A stretch of 64,000 bases of DNA from Candidatus Latescibacterota bacterium (GCA_965217585.1 OZ244561.1:1504001-1568000), one strand, 5' to 3'. Counted from the stretch's first letter, positions 38,108 to 47,744 are shown. Numbers and translations: made by a program. The notes: generated by a model from the sequence alone, not told the origin.

Positions 38108-38752
38108 CTATCCAAGCCCGGCCAGCCACTCGCGCATCGCGCCTGGGTCCTCTTTGAACATCAGCGAGCCAGGGACGATATAGTCGGCACCGGCTCGCGC
38201 GATCTGCGGCACGGTGTGGCGGCGAATCCCGCCATCGGCCTCCACCACTGTCGCCAAGCCGCGCCGGTCGATCTCGTCTCTAGCCCGGCGGATCCTGTCG
38301 GGTGCCTGCGGGTCCATATCGGCTCCCTTGATCCCAGCAGCCGTATTCATCAGCGTCAACACATCCAATAACGGCCAACAGGGATCGAGTAGGTCGAGAT
38401 CCTCTTCCAGCAAGAGCGAGACCCCAGCCTGAAGTCCCCTTGCCTTGATCGCCTCCAGCACGGCACCCGGATCAGCGGCCGAGTCAAAGCAGAAAATGAT
38501 GGCGTCGGCACCCGCCTCGGCAAAGGGGTTGATCCACGCGGCCGGGTCGGTGGTCATCAGGTGCATTTCAAAGGGTAGGTCCGTATGCGGCCGCAGTGCC
38601 GCCACCAGATCTGGGAAGAACAGCATAGTCGGCGCATAATGGCCATCGGCCACGTCGAGATGGAAGCGCTCCGAATAGGGTGCGACGCGCCGGATATCAG
38701 CCGCGAGATTGGCCAAGTCGGCCGACCACAGGGAAGTCGCGCACTTGAGCAT
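38108..38752 (-). CDS. rpe: Ribulose-phosphate 3-epimerase family protein
   Basis: SLWSAD, HLDVADGH, EMHLM and EADGGI motifs; may be a sugar-phosphate epimerase paralogue. Confidence 0.8.
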   Translation of the reverse strand: MLKCATSLWSADLANLAADIRRVAPYSERFHLDVADGHYAPTMLFFPDLVAALRPHTDLPFEMHLMTTDPAAWINPFAEAGADAIIFCFDSAADPGAVLEAIKARGLQAGVSLLLEEDLDLLDPCWPLLDVLTLMNTAAGIKGADMDPQAPDRIRRARDEIDRRGLATVVEADGGIRRHTVPQIARAGADYIVPGSLMFKEDPGAMREWLAGLG

Positions 38753-38890
38753 TGTGGACCTCTGCAAATAAGTGGACGGGATAGAGGCGGCCAATATAGG
38801 GAGACCATCGTTTAGTGACCAATTTGCCTTTGTGCCAGAAGGCGCTGTTCTTTTTACCCGGCACTTACATCACAGCAAGGAAAACGCCCA

Positions 38891-40714
38891 ATGACCAATA
38901 CCCCTACAGCCATGGACTGGGACCTGACGAGCTATTTCGCTGAATTTGATGGCCCGGCCATGCAGCAATTCAAGGATGAACTGCAAAGAGATCTTGCGGC
39001 GGCACGTCAGCAAGCTGCCGCCCTAGCACCGCTCGCCGAGGACAATGCCGACGCTTGGGAGTCCATACTCCTCCTGACGGAAGGCCTGATCGACCGCCTC
39101 TCCCATCTGGGTTCCTATCTCGGTTGCCTTACTGCGGCGGACGCCCGCAATGAAGACTACGCCCGCGAGGAGGCGGCCTTTGCCCTGCTGGCGGCCGAGA
39201 GCGCAAAGCTCGATGTCGAACTCCTGCGTGCGCTCAAGGACGTCTCGGATGAATTTTTTGCCAAGTTCGCCCAACGGCCCGCCTTGGCCGACTGCATCCA
39301 CTTCCTCCACCGCCAGCGCGAAGACGCGCAGCGCACCATGAGCCCAGAGAAGGAGATGCTCTCTGCCGACCTCAGCGTCGATGGTCTCCACGCTTGGGGA
39401 CGCCTCTACGACTCGATCTCCGGCAAGCTCGAATTCGACATGGAATTTCCCGATGGTCGCACCGAGCGTCGCCCCATCTCGCAGCGCCGCGCCCTGATGG
39501 AAGACCCTGACCGCCGGGTCCGCCAAGCCGCCTTCGATGGCGGCAACCGGGCCTGGGAGAGCCTAGAAGATGTCGCCTGTGCCGCGCTCAACGCCATTTC
39601 GGGGACGCGGCTGACCCTCAACCATCATCGCGGCATTGATCACTTTCTCGATGTCGCCCTCTTCCAGGCATCGATTTCACCCAAGACCCTCGACGCGATG
39701 TTTGCGGCTATCGCCGAGCAAATCGAGCTGCCCCGACGCATCCTCGCCCTCAAGGCGCAGCTCATGGGCACCGAGGGCGTCGCTTGGTACGATCTGGGCG
39801 CACCGCTGCCGCTGCCCGACCAAGGGCAGCTTTCTTGGGAAGAGGGCACGGACCTCGTCACCCGCTCCTTTGCAGCGGCCTATCCACGCCTAGGCGAGTT
39901 CCTCGGCCAAGTCTGCGAACGCCAATGGATTGAGCACGCGCCCCGCCCTGGCAAGCGGCCCGGTGCCTTTTGCACTGGCTCGCTGTTGACCCGCGAGTCC
40001 CGCGTCTATATGACCTACAACGACACCCTCGGCGATGTCCTCACGCTCGCCCACGAGGTCGGCCATGCCTTCCACAGCTACATCATGCGCGACCTACGCA
40101 CCTACGCCCACTTCTACCCGATGACTCTGGCCGAGTCGGCCTCGACCTTCGGCGAAATGATCCTCACCGAGGGCATCCTCGCCGACTCTTCCTTCAGCCC
40201 GGCCCAAAAGGCCAGCGCCCTCCACCAAGAGATTGGCCACGGTGCGATCTTCCTGCTCGACATCCCCGTGCGCTACCAGTTCGAGAAAAAGCTCTACGAA
40301 GAACGCGCCGACGGCGAACTCACCGTCAGCCGTCTCAAAGAGCTAATGGTCGAAACCCAGCGCGAAGTCTTCGGCGACGCGCTCGCACAGGGGGGTGAAG
40401 ACCCCTACTTCTGGGCCTCGAAACTCCACTTCTATATCACCGGCGTGACTTTCTACAACTTCCCTTACACCTTCGGCTTCCTACTCAGCCGCGGCCTGTA
40501 TTCCATGTTTAAACAAGAAGGGGCTGCCTTTCTTCCCCGCTACGAGGAATTCCTCCGCCTCACCGGCAGTGACACCGCCGAGGGCGTCGCCCGCCGGGCC
40601 TTGGGCCGCGACCTCGAAGATACCCAGTTCTGGACCGAGGCCATCCAGACTTTGGAAGCTCCGCTGGCCGAGTTAGAGAAATTGCTACCCGAGGTGCTGC
40701 CTGAGCATTCGTAA
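38891..40714 (+). CDS. M3B oligoendopeptidase F family
   Basis: WDL N-terminus, GKRPGAFC, HEVGHAFH zinc motif, AESAS, HFY...FYNFPYTFG. Confidence 0.92.
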   Translation: MTNTPTAMDWDLTSYFAEFDGPAMQQFKDELQRDLAAARQQAAALAPLAEDNADAWESILLLTEGLIDRLSHLGSYLGCLTAADARNEDYAREEAAFALLAAESAKLDVELLRALKDVSDEFFAKFAQRPALADCIHFLHRQREDAQRTMSPEKEMLSADLSVDGLHAWGRLYDSISGKLEFDMEFPDGRTERRPISQRRALMEDPDRRVRQAAFDGGNRAWESLEDVACAALNAISGTRLTLNHHRGIDHFLDVALFQASISPKTLDAMFAAIAEQIELPRRILALKAQLMGTEGVAWYDLGAPLPLPDQGQLSWEEGTDLVTRSFAAAYPRLGEFLGQVCERQWIEHAPRPGKRPGAFCTGSLLTRESRVYMTYNDTLGDVLTLAHEVGHAFHSYIMRDLRTYAHFYPMTLAESASTFGEMILTEGILADSSFSPAQKASALHQEIGHGAIFLLDIPVRYQFEKKLYEERADGELTVSRLKELMVETQREVFGDALAQGGEDPYFWASKLHFYITGVTFYNFPYTFGFLLSRGLYSMFKQEGAAFLPRYEEFLRLTGSDTAEGVARRALGRDLEDTQFWTEAIQTLEAPLAELEKLLPEVLPEHS

Positions 40715-40781
40715 GAAGCTGTCTACAAGCATTCAGTACAGACTCTTTTAGCTCCGGCCACCACAGCCGCAAAGGATCCTC

Positions 40782-41537
40782 ATGTTGCGCTTACTTCTAG
40801 TCTTCTTCTTTTGCATCGGCCTAGCCCACGCCGCCGACAACCCTCCGTCCCCCGGCTTCAATGCCGCCGATTCCGATCCCAAGGCTATAGCCCTAGCCGA
40901 CGAAGTCATGGCTGCGATGGGCGGCCGCGCCAACTGGGACGCCACTCGCTACATCACTTGGCGCTTTTTCGGTTTCCGCTTACATGTGTGGGACAAGTGG
41001 ACGGGGGACATTCGCTTCGAGCAAGGCGACCTGACGGTGCTGATGAACATCCACACTAAAGAGGGCCGCGCCTTCGCCGCTGGTGCGGAAATAAGCGATC
41101 CCGACACCCTTGCCGCCAAACTCGACCACGGCTACCGCGCCTGGATCAACGACTCGTACTGGCTGGTCATGCCCTACAAGCTCAAGGACACCGGCGTCAC
41201 CCTGCGCTACCGGGGCCTAGAAGCCACCCAAGACGACCACCCAGCCGAAGTACTGGAACTCACGTTCAAAGACGTCGGCGTCACCCCGCAGAACAAATAC
41301 GCGGTCTGGATCGACCAAGAATCGCGGCTAGTGACCCAATGGGCGTTCTACCGCGACGCCGCTGACGCCGAACCGCGCTTTACCGGCCCTTGGGCCAACT
41401 GGCAACGCCACGGATCGATTTTGCTCTCCGACGGTCGCGGCGAGCGCCAGCACACCGATGTCGCGGTCTTCGACGAACTGCCGCGCTCGGTCTTCACAAG
41501 CCCGGCACCTGCCGCATTACCCTTGCCTTCCGAGTAG
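40782..41537 (+). CDS. Secreted hypothetical protein
   Basis: Signal peptide AHA-A; WINDSYWLVMPYKLKD.GV and VG.TP.NKY look like conserved motifs. Confidence 0.7.
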   Translation: MLRLLLVFFFCIGLAHAADNPPSPGFNAADSDPKAIALADEVMAAMGGRANWDATRYITWRFFGFRLHVWDKWTGDIRFEQGDLTVLMNIHTKEGRAFAAGAEISDPDTLAAKLDHGYRAWINDSYWLVMPYKLKDTGVTLRYRGLEATQDDHPAEVLELTFKDVGVTPQNKYAVWIDQESRLVTQWAFYRDAADAEPRFTGPWANWQRHGSILLSDGRGERQHTDVAVFDELPRSVFTSPAPAALPLPSE

Positions 41538-41570
41538 TAGGTACCGCTAGACCAATACAATCAACACCAT

Positions 41571-41604
41571 AAAAAAAGCCGACCCAGCTATTGGGTCGGC
41601 TTTT
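41571..41604. terminator. Bidirectional rho-independent terminator
   Basis: aaaaaaagccgaccca-gctat-tgggtcggctttt between convergent genes. Confidence 0.85.
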
Positions 41605-41623
41605 GCATTGAGGCGCGTTCAGT

Positions 41624-42436
41624 TCACGCTGCCCGTAGCTCATTTTCGGGCGCGTTCTCCAGCCGCGACAGCCAATAGGACACGTCGTAGTCCTCGTCAC
41701 CGGTCAAGAAGCGCCACAGCTTGATGCGGTTGACGACCTCTAAGCGCACCTCGTTGCCGTACCAGCGATGGTTGGCATTGAGCAGCCCGGGGATTTCCGC
41801 ATCGTCGATATCGTCGGTATTCCACAGCTTCTTCTGCCGCACCGTGGGATTGAGCCGCAGCTTGAACATATAGCGCTTGCGGCCGGTTAGGTTGGGCTGG
41901 GCGCAGTGCCAGATGCCGTGGTGGGCCACGGCCACCGTGCCGGCCTTGCAGACCATCGGCATCTGTCCGAGGAAGTTTTGATAGCGGGCAATATCCGACT
42001 CGCTGACACGGCGGTAGATACTGCCGGGTAGGAACATGGTGCCGCCCATCTCCCGCGGTGTGTCGTGGGCAAAGTAGAAGAGCTGGATATCGAAGTGCAG
42101 CCGGGTGTCGATTATCGCGTCGGCGTGCCAAATCTGCCCGTGCTCGTGGTGGGCATCAACCGTATGTACGGCGTGGTGGTCGTAGAGCGAGCCGGGGCCG
42201 ACTAAGCTGTGAATGATCCCCTGGATATGGGGCAGGCGCACAACCCGGCCGATCGCTGCATCAGTCCATAGCTCGGCAAGCGGTTCGCCAGCGCGGCCCC
42301 GTGGAATCCCGGTTTCCATCTCGGCACAGGCAGCCCGATTCAGCTCGTCGGGCACCAATTCGTCGAAGCGCAAAAAGCCGTCGGCGACAAACTGCGCCAT
42401 TTGCTTAGTATTCAGGAGATATTGCTTATCGACCAT
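41624..42436 (-). CDS. Phytanoyl-CoA dioxygenase (PhyH) family Fe(II)/2OG enzyme
   Basis: F..DGFL, WHAD (HxD), GGT.F.PGS, AGTV...HHGIWH...N...R. Confidence 0.82.
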   Translation of the reverse strand: MVDKQYLLNTKQMAQFVADGFLRFDELVPDELNRAACAEMETGIPRGRAGEPLAELWTDAAIGRVVRLPHIQGIIHSLVGPGSLYDHHAVHTVDAHHEHGQIWHADAIIDTRLHFDIQLFYFAHDTPREMGGTMFLPGSIYRRVSESDIARYQNFLGQMPMVCKAGTVAVAHHGIWHCAQPNLTGRKRYMFKLRLNPTVRQKKLWNTDDIDDAEIPGLLNANHRWYGNEVRLEVVNRIKLWRFLTGDEDYDVSYWLSRLENAPENELRAA

Positions 42437-42710
42437 CGATTGCCTCCATCTTTTCGAGGATGTACTCGTATTTCAGATAGGACGTGTTGTATTCCATGCC
42501 TGGATAAGCCGGGTACTGCTGCGGAAACTGCACCACCCTCCATCCGTCTCGCATGGCCGCCACCACCGAAGGATAGGGCGGTTCCTCGCTATCGCCGCTG
42601 CTGGACCGCTCCTCGCCCGTGCCGTCGTAAAGCGACCAAGCCACGGTCTGGCTGTGCAAATCGGGAGAATGGGCGTAGAGCACCAATAATTTCTGTCGAA
42701 GCTGGGCCAT
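42426..42710 (-). CDS. Small hypothetical protein coupled to the PhyH gene
   Basis: 94 aa, GAGG RBS, overlaps the PhyH start; YPSVVAAMRDGWRVVQFP. Confidence 0.65.
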   Translation of the reverse strand: MAQLRQKLLVLYAHSPDLHSQTVAWSLYDGTGEERSSSGDSEEPPYPSVVAAMRDGWRVVQFPQQYPAYPGMEYNTSYLKYEYILEKMEAIDGR

Positions 42711-42780
42711 AGCGTCCTCTCATTAAGCTTATTCAATAATAGGACGCGACACAGCCCCCGGCAATGGGCCTCTCGCTCTC

Positions 42781-43638
42781 TCAGTTGCTCGAAAATTCGA
42801 TCAACTGCCCGCCGCACTCGTCTTTCATTTTTTCTAAAGCCCTGTTCCGCAACTGCCGCACGCGCTCGCGGGTGACGCCTATGGAATCGCCGATCTCTTC
42901 CAAGGTCTTGGGTGCGCTGTCGTCGAGGCCAAAATAAGCGCGGACGATCTGGGACTCGCGGGCATCGAGCACCTTCAGACAATCGGCCACAGCCGCGCGC
43001 ATTTCCCCGTCGACGAAGCGCTCGTGCGAGCTGGGTTCAGCCGAGACAAACGTCTGCGCAAACGTCATCTCGCCGTCGGCAAAGGCAGGGGCGTCTAAGG
43101 GCAAATCCGGCTGCCCCATCTCAAAGGCGTTGCGGATGCGCTCTGTCGAGAAATCGACGCAGGCGGCGATTTCCTCAACAGTCGGGGCGCGCCCTAGCTG
43201 CTGGGCAAGGAGCGCGGCCTCCTTTTCGACCTTCTGCCGATCGCTGACCCGACTCAGCGGCGGACGGGCAATTTTGCCGTGTTCGGCTAAGGCCCGGAGG
43301 ATGGCTTGGCGAATCCACCACACCGCATAGGTGATGAACTTAAAGCCGCGCGTCTCGTCAAAGCGCTGGACGGCTTCCAGCAGCCCGAGGTTGCCCTCGG
43401 AAATCAGCTCAATCAGCGAGAGGCCACAGTCCTGGTACTCGCGGGCGACGCGAACCACGAAGCGCAAATTGGCCTGTACCAGCGCCTGACGCGCCTCTTC
43501 GTCACCTGCTTTGGCGCACTTGAAGAGGGCAATTTCTTCCTCGCGACTGAGCGGCTCGGCATTTTTTATATCTCGCCAATAGAGATCGGTCGCCGAGTAC
43601 ATTGTTTCTCTATTTTGTACGTCCATTTCAGTCCCCAA
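42781..43638 (-). CDS. RNA polymerase sigma-70 factor, RpoD/RpoS-like without region 1.1
   Basis: LSREEE, ANLRFVV.VA, LISEGNLGL..AV.RFD..RGFKFITYAVWWIRQAI, TLEEIG...GVTRERVRQ. Confidence 0.92.
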   Translation of the reverse strand: MGTEMDVQNRETMYSATDLYWRDIKNAEPLSREEEIALFKCAKAGDEEARQALVQANLRFVVRVAREYQDCGLSLIELISEGNLGLLEAVQRFDETRGFKFITYAVWWIRQAILRALAEHGKIARPPLSRVSDRQKVEKEAALLAQQLGRAPTVEEIAACVDFSTERIRNAFEMGQPDLPLDAPAFADGEMTFAQTFVSAEPSSHERFVDGEMRAAVADCLKVLDARESQIVRAYFGLDDSAPKTLEEIGDSIGVTRERVRQLRNRALEKMKDECGGQLIEFSSN

Positions 43639-43652
43639 AGTTTGCAGTGATC

Positions 43653-43676
43653 AACCTTTACGTTCACGTTAAGGTT
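43653..43676. promoter_or_regulatory. MerR-type palindromic operator-like site
   Basis: aacctttacg-ttca-cgttaaggtt, 9 of 10 bp inverted repeat, immediately upstream of the sigma factor gene. Confidence 0.4.
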
Positions 43677-43741
43677 TAAGATAGAATACTTAGTGAACAC
43701 GCGCAAATACAATCTTGTGACGCACCAAGACGGCCAAGTAT

Positions 43742-44164
43742 TCAATCCAAAGGCGTTCGGCGGCTCTTTTTTTTCTCGGAATGACGCTGCTTGCTGTCGA
43801 GGCGACGCGCTTGGGCGGCGCGGCTGGGCTTGGTTTTTTCGCGCTTGGGCGGCTTCTTGAGCGCCGCGGCGAGCAGGGCGGCCAGCTTGTTGAGGCAGTC
43901 GGCGCGATTGCGCCCCTGCGTGCGAAATCGCTCCGACTGGATCGAGAGAGCGCCGGTGCTGTTCAGCCGCACAGCGAGCTTCTCGGCAATCCGCTGGCGC
44001 TGCTCGTCGCTGAGCACCGCACTGTGGACAAAGTCAAACTGTAGTTCGACGGCGGTATTGAGCTTGTTGACGTTTTGTCCCCCCGGTCCAGAACTGCGGC
44101 GAAACTTGAAACGCAGTTCGGAAAACGGGATGGACAGAGAGGGCGAGACGTATAGGGTTTCCAT
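43742..44164 (-). CDS. arfB: Alternative ribosome rescue peptidyl-tRNA hydrolase ArfB
   Basis: RSSGPGGQNVNK, RTQ..NR and basic tail R.KTKPS...RL..K...SEKK..R. Confidence 0.92.
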   Translation of the reverse strand: METLYVSPSLSIPFSELRFKFRRSSGPGGQNVNKLNTAVELQFDFVHSAVLSDEQRQRIAEKLAVRLNSTGALSIQSERFRTQGRNRADCLNKLAALLAAALKKPPKREKTKPSRAAQARRLDSKQRHSEKKKSRRTPLD

Positions 44165-44295
44165 AATTGGTGGTCGCTCCCAAGCCTGCAGGCTTGGGTT
44201 GTACGGCCTGAAGACTTGAAGATAACCTAATGCCTATCCTTTATTATGTCCCATAGTACACCCGCTATCACGTTTTCGCCAAGGAGATACTCTCT

Positions 44296-45462
44296 ATGAA
44301 ACGCTATACCGCGGCAATTGTCGGCTGTGGCTCCATAGGCAACGCCCACATGGAAGGCTACAACCTCGTGGACGAGGTCGAGGTGATCGCCGTCGCCGAC
44401 CCGGTCGCCATGGCTCGCAAAACCTACGTGGACGCATACGGCATCCCGCAGGAGTTTGAGACGGTCGAAGAGATGATGGAAAAGGCCCGGCCCGACATCG
44501 TCAGCGTCTGCACTTGGCACCTTTTGCATCCGGCACCCACCATTGCCGCGGCCGAGGGCGGTGCCCGCGCCGTCATCTGCGAAAAACCCATGGCCATCGG
44601 CATGGCCGCAGCCGACTCCATGGTCGAGGCCTGCGAAGCGCACGGCACCAAACTGGTCATCAGCCATCAGCGCCGCTTTACCCCGGGTTGGGAAAAAGCC
44701 AAGGCGCTAGTCGAAAAGGGCGCGATCGGCGAGCCGATCTTCGTCACCAACAAGGTCGCCGACGGCCTGACCAACTGGGGCACCCACTCCATTGACGGCT
44801 CGCGCTTCGTGCTCGGCGACCCCCGCGCCGAATGGGTCATGGGTGCGGTCGAGCGCCGCACCGACCGCTACGAGCGCGACACCATGATCGAAGACGCCTG
44901 CATGGGTTTGGTCCACTTCGCAGGCGATCTCCAGCTTTTCATTCAGTCCGACCTCATGCGCGAGGGAGCTGGTGCCGGCCACTTTGAAATCCGCGGCAGC
45001 GAAGGGATCTTATCGGTGAGCGAGACCCGGCTCCAGCTTATGAACGCCTCCTCTGGCGGCTGGCGGGAAGTCGATCTCGCGCTCGCCGAAGGCACCAAGG
45101 CCATTGGCGGCAACACCAACGCCGCCCAAGTCCGCGAACTCATCGCCTGTCTCGAAGGCCACAAGGCCGAGCACCGCAACGCGGGCACCACGGCCCGTGA
45201 CACCGTGGAAATTATGATGGCCCTCTACGAATCGGCGCGCCGCAACTGCGTGATCCACCTGCCGCTGCAAGAAAAGGGCTATCCCCTCCAGCTCATGGTC
45301 GAGGAGGGCGGCCTACCCGTGGAAGTCGAGGGTCGCTACGACATCCGCGGCTTTCTCAAGCGCGATGGCATCGACGAGGTCAAGTACAAAAAGCTCTGGA
45401 ACGAGGGCATGGGGCACCACCAAATCATGCGCCAGCTCCACGACGAAATGAACCCGCGTTGA
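44296..45462 (+). CDS. Gfo/Idh/MocA family oxidoreductase
   Basis: IVGCGSIG, PDIVSVCT...H, CEKPMA, HQRRF. Confidence 0.9.
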   Translation: MKRYTAAIVGCGSIGNAHMEGYNLVDEVEVIAVADPVAMARKTYVDAYGIPQEFETVEEMMEKARPDIVSVCTWHLLHPAPTIAAAEGGARAVICEKPMAIGMAAADSMVEACEAHGTKLVISHQRRFTPGWEKAKALVEKGAIGEPIFVTNKVADGLTNWGTHSIDGSRFVLGDPRAEWVMGAVERRTDRYERDTMIEDACMGLVHFAGDLQLFIQSDLMREGAGAGHFEIRGSEGILSVSETRLQLMNASSGGWREVDLALAEGTKAIGGNTNAAQVRELIACLEGHKAEHRNAGTTARDTVEIMMALYESARRNCVIHLPLQEKGYPLQLMVEEGGLPVEVEGRYDIRGFLKRDGIDEVKYKKLWNEGMGHHQIMRQLHDEMNPR

Positions 45463-45486
45463 CTGTGCCCGGACCGGGGCAACATA

Positions 45487-45515
45487 TTGACATTCCCCGG
45501 TCCCTCCAGTACTTT
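45487..45515 (+). promoter_or_regulatory. Sigma70-type promoter upstream of rpsR
   Basis: TTGACA-17 nt-TACTTT. Confidence 0.55.
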
Positions 45516-45527
45516 TTATCCTTTTGA

Positions 45528-45800
45528 ATGTACGCACCCGCCCAAGCGGGTGCCTTAACAAGGAGCGTCGTCATCAACAAGTTCCGCAGTTCGCGCCGAG
45601 AGGCCGTAGCCAAGCTCAAGTCCGAAGACATTGACTACAAGCGCCTCGATGTCCTAGTCAAGTTTATTACGCCGACCGGCAAGATCGAATCGGCCCGGCG
45701 CACCGGTGCCACGCGCAAGCAGCAGACGCGCGTCGTCCGCGCCATCAAGCGCGCCCGCTATTTAGCCCTCGTCCCCCACACCATCGACGACATTCGTTGA
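45528..45800 (+). CDS. rpsR: 30S ribosomal protein S18 (Cys-free form; start uncertain)
   Basis: IDYK..DVL.KFIT.TGKI...R.TG...KQQ..V.RAIKRARYLAL.P. Confidence 0.9.
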   Translation: MYAPAQAGALTRSVVINKFRSSRREAVAKLKSEDIDYKRLDVLVKFITPTGKIESARRTGATRKQQTRVVRAIKRARYLALVPHTIDDIR

Positions 45801-45818
45801 CCGAGCCAAGCGCGCCCA

Positions 45819-46268
45819 ATGGCTGCCATAGGGCTGATTGAGACTCGCGGTCTCGTCGGCGTCATCGAAGCAGCCGACGCGGCCGTAAAATCTGCTCCGG
45901 TAGAGCTCCTCGGTATCAAGCCCATTGGCGGCGGGCTGGTTTCAACGCACTTTAGAGGTGAGGTTGCCGCCGTCCAAGTGGCTGTGCAAGCCGGCGTTGA
46001 AGCCGCGCGCAAGGTCAGCCAAGTGATTAGCCACCGCGTCATTCCCGCCCCCCATTTAGACATAGAAAACCTGCTCCTGCACCAGCCCCAAGCAGCCACC
46101 CCGCCAACGCAGCCACCCCCCGACGAATTAGAGGGCTTGCCGGTCGCCCGCCTGCGCCAACTCGTGCGCCAGCTACCCGACGCTCAGCTCAAGGGCCGCC
46201 AAGTTTCGCGGGCCAACAAAGAGACGCTCCTCCGCGAACTGCGCCGTGCCTCGGCACCAGACACTTAA
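45819..46268 (+). CDS. Bacterial microcompartment BMC-H shell protein with C-terminal extension (PduK/EutK-like)
   Basis: AIGLIETRGLV..IEAADAAVKSA.V...GGGLV....RGEVAAV..AV.AG...VIPAPH; Pro linker plus LRQLVR...GRQVSRANK..LL tail. Confidence 0.9.
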   Translation: MAAIGLIETRGLVGVIEAADAAVKSAPVELLGIKPIGGGLVSTHFRGEVAAVQVAVQAGVEAARKVSQVISHRVIPAPHLDIENLLLHQPQAATPPTQPPPDELEGLPVARLRQLVRQLPDAQLKGRQVSRANKETLLRELRRASAPDT

Positions 46269-46284
46269 ACCATACGAGGTCTCA

Positions 46285-46608
46285 GTGGACAACCTGTGGA
46301 ACAATCTCGTGAAAGGGCTACAAGAAGGCGCGGCGGTCGCCGCCGACAAGGCCGGCGACCTGACCCGTCTAGCGCGTGCCCGGCTCGATATCGCCGCTGC
46401 TAGGACCCAACTCCACCGCACCCAAGCGGATCTAGGGGCGAGGGTCCACCAGCTCCTCGAAGCCGGTACCGACCCAGGGACCGACGATCAAGTACAAGCA
46501 CTGAACCAACAGATCAAGGAACAGAGTGCTGCGCTCGCGGATTGCGAGGCGGCCTATGAGGCGCTGCAGAGCACGTTGCGCACGGCTGGAGAGCGCAACG
46601 CCGATTAA
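46285..46608 (+). CDS. Small coiled-coil hypothetical protein
   Basis: GAGGT RBS and GTG start; amphipathic helical sequence. Confidence 0.6.
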   Translation: MDNLWNNLVKGLQEGAAVAADKAGDLTRLARARLDIAAARTQLHRTQADLGARVHQLLEAGTDPGTDDQVQALNQQIKEQSAALADCEAAYEALQSTLRTAGERNAD

Positions 46609-47744
46609 GAGCCTAGCGGCAGTAGCGTCTGCGGGGAGTCAGGCGGTGCGGCGGCCTTGCTTTTGCGCCGGTGTGCTGCAAAGCAGCCGTTCGGTTCCTC
46701 GCTGTATTGCGCCACCAGCGTCACGCCGTCGGCTTCGCCGCTGATCGAAAATTCCGTTACGTCGTTTAGCAACAAGTCCTGTTCCTGAGCCGTCATTACC
46801 GGAAATCCGTAATGGCGGCTCGCGTATTTCAACGGGCCGCTCTCTGCCGTGCGCGCGGCGGCCCACTCCGCGTGCCGAGCTAGCCGGGCGTGATTGTATT
46901 CGTTGGCGGCAGGAGGTGTGGAGCACAGCAGGTTTTGTGAGACCGGCACCAACGTCCCGTCAATTTCCATGCCAATAGAGTTTCTTCCCGCTGTTAAGGC
47001 GGCCGCCAGCGTCGTCCCAGTCCCCGCAAACGGATCGAGCACCAAGTCTTCTTTGACGGAAAACATGCAGATGAGCCGGTAGGCCAACTCGAACGGAAAG
47101 GCCGCGCTGCGCTCGCGGGTTGGCGCATCGACAAGTCCCTGCGAAGCTCCTTTTACATCGAACCACACGTCTGAGAACCAGACGTTGCGCTCCTCCCAGA
47201 AGAAGGCGCTCTCGCGCCGGTTGGCTTTCTCCGCGGCCGTTGTGAATGTTCGCCGCCGCCCTTTTCTAAGCACGAGAATGTACTCGTGCTCGTAGGTCAC
47301 ATACGCCCCTACGGGCAGCATCCCAGACCCCATAAATTTATTGGGGGCGTTGGTTTGCTTGCGCCATAGTATATCGGGCAAAGCCGCAAAACCCTGGCCG
47401 AGAAAACTGCTCAGTATGCGGGAGTGATTGGAGTAGAGCTGGAAGTCGCCATCCAAGGTTCGGGTGGCGTCGCCAATGTTGACGCAGGCAATGGCCCCCG
47501 GCTTCATGACGCGGTTACACTCCAGCCAAACCGCATCGAGCAGCTCGTGCATGAGCGCGAAAGCAGCCCGTCCGTTGTCACGAGGCAGTTGCTCTGCGAT
47601 GCGGCTGTCTTGGAGCGCGAAAATCTCATCCCACATTTCCACCATCGGATAAGGCGGCGAGGTGACGATCAAATCGACCGACTCATCCAGGATTCCTGCC
47701 ATGGACTGGGCAGGGCCGCATATTAGTTTAGCGGTGGTTTGCAT
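46605..47744 (-). CDS. Site-specific DNA methyltransferase (N4-C/N6-A, beta class), orphan
   Basis: VTSPPY catalytic motif N-terminal, VLDPFAGTGTT SAM-binding motif C-terminal; no adjacent endonuclease. Confidence 0.9.
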   Translation of the reverse strand: MQTTAKLICGPAQSMAGILDESVDLIVTSPPYPMVEMWDEIFALQDSRIAEQLPRDNGRAAFALMHELLDAVWLECNRVMKPGAIACVNIGDATRTLDGDFQLYSNHSRILSSFLGQGFAALPDILWRKQTNAPNKFMGSGMLPVGAYVTYEHEYILVLRKGRRRTFTTAAEKANRRESAFFWEERNVWFSDVWFDVKGASQGLVDAPTRERSAAFPFELAYRLICMFSVKEDLVLDPFAGTGTTLAAALTAGRNSIGMEIDGTLVPVSQNLLCSTPPAANEYNHARLARHAEWAAARTAESGPLKYASRHYGFPVMTAQEQDLLLNDVTEFSISGEADGVTLVAQYSEEPNGCFAAHRRKSKAAAPPDSPQTLLPLGS

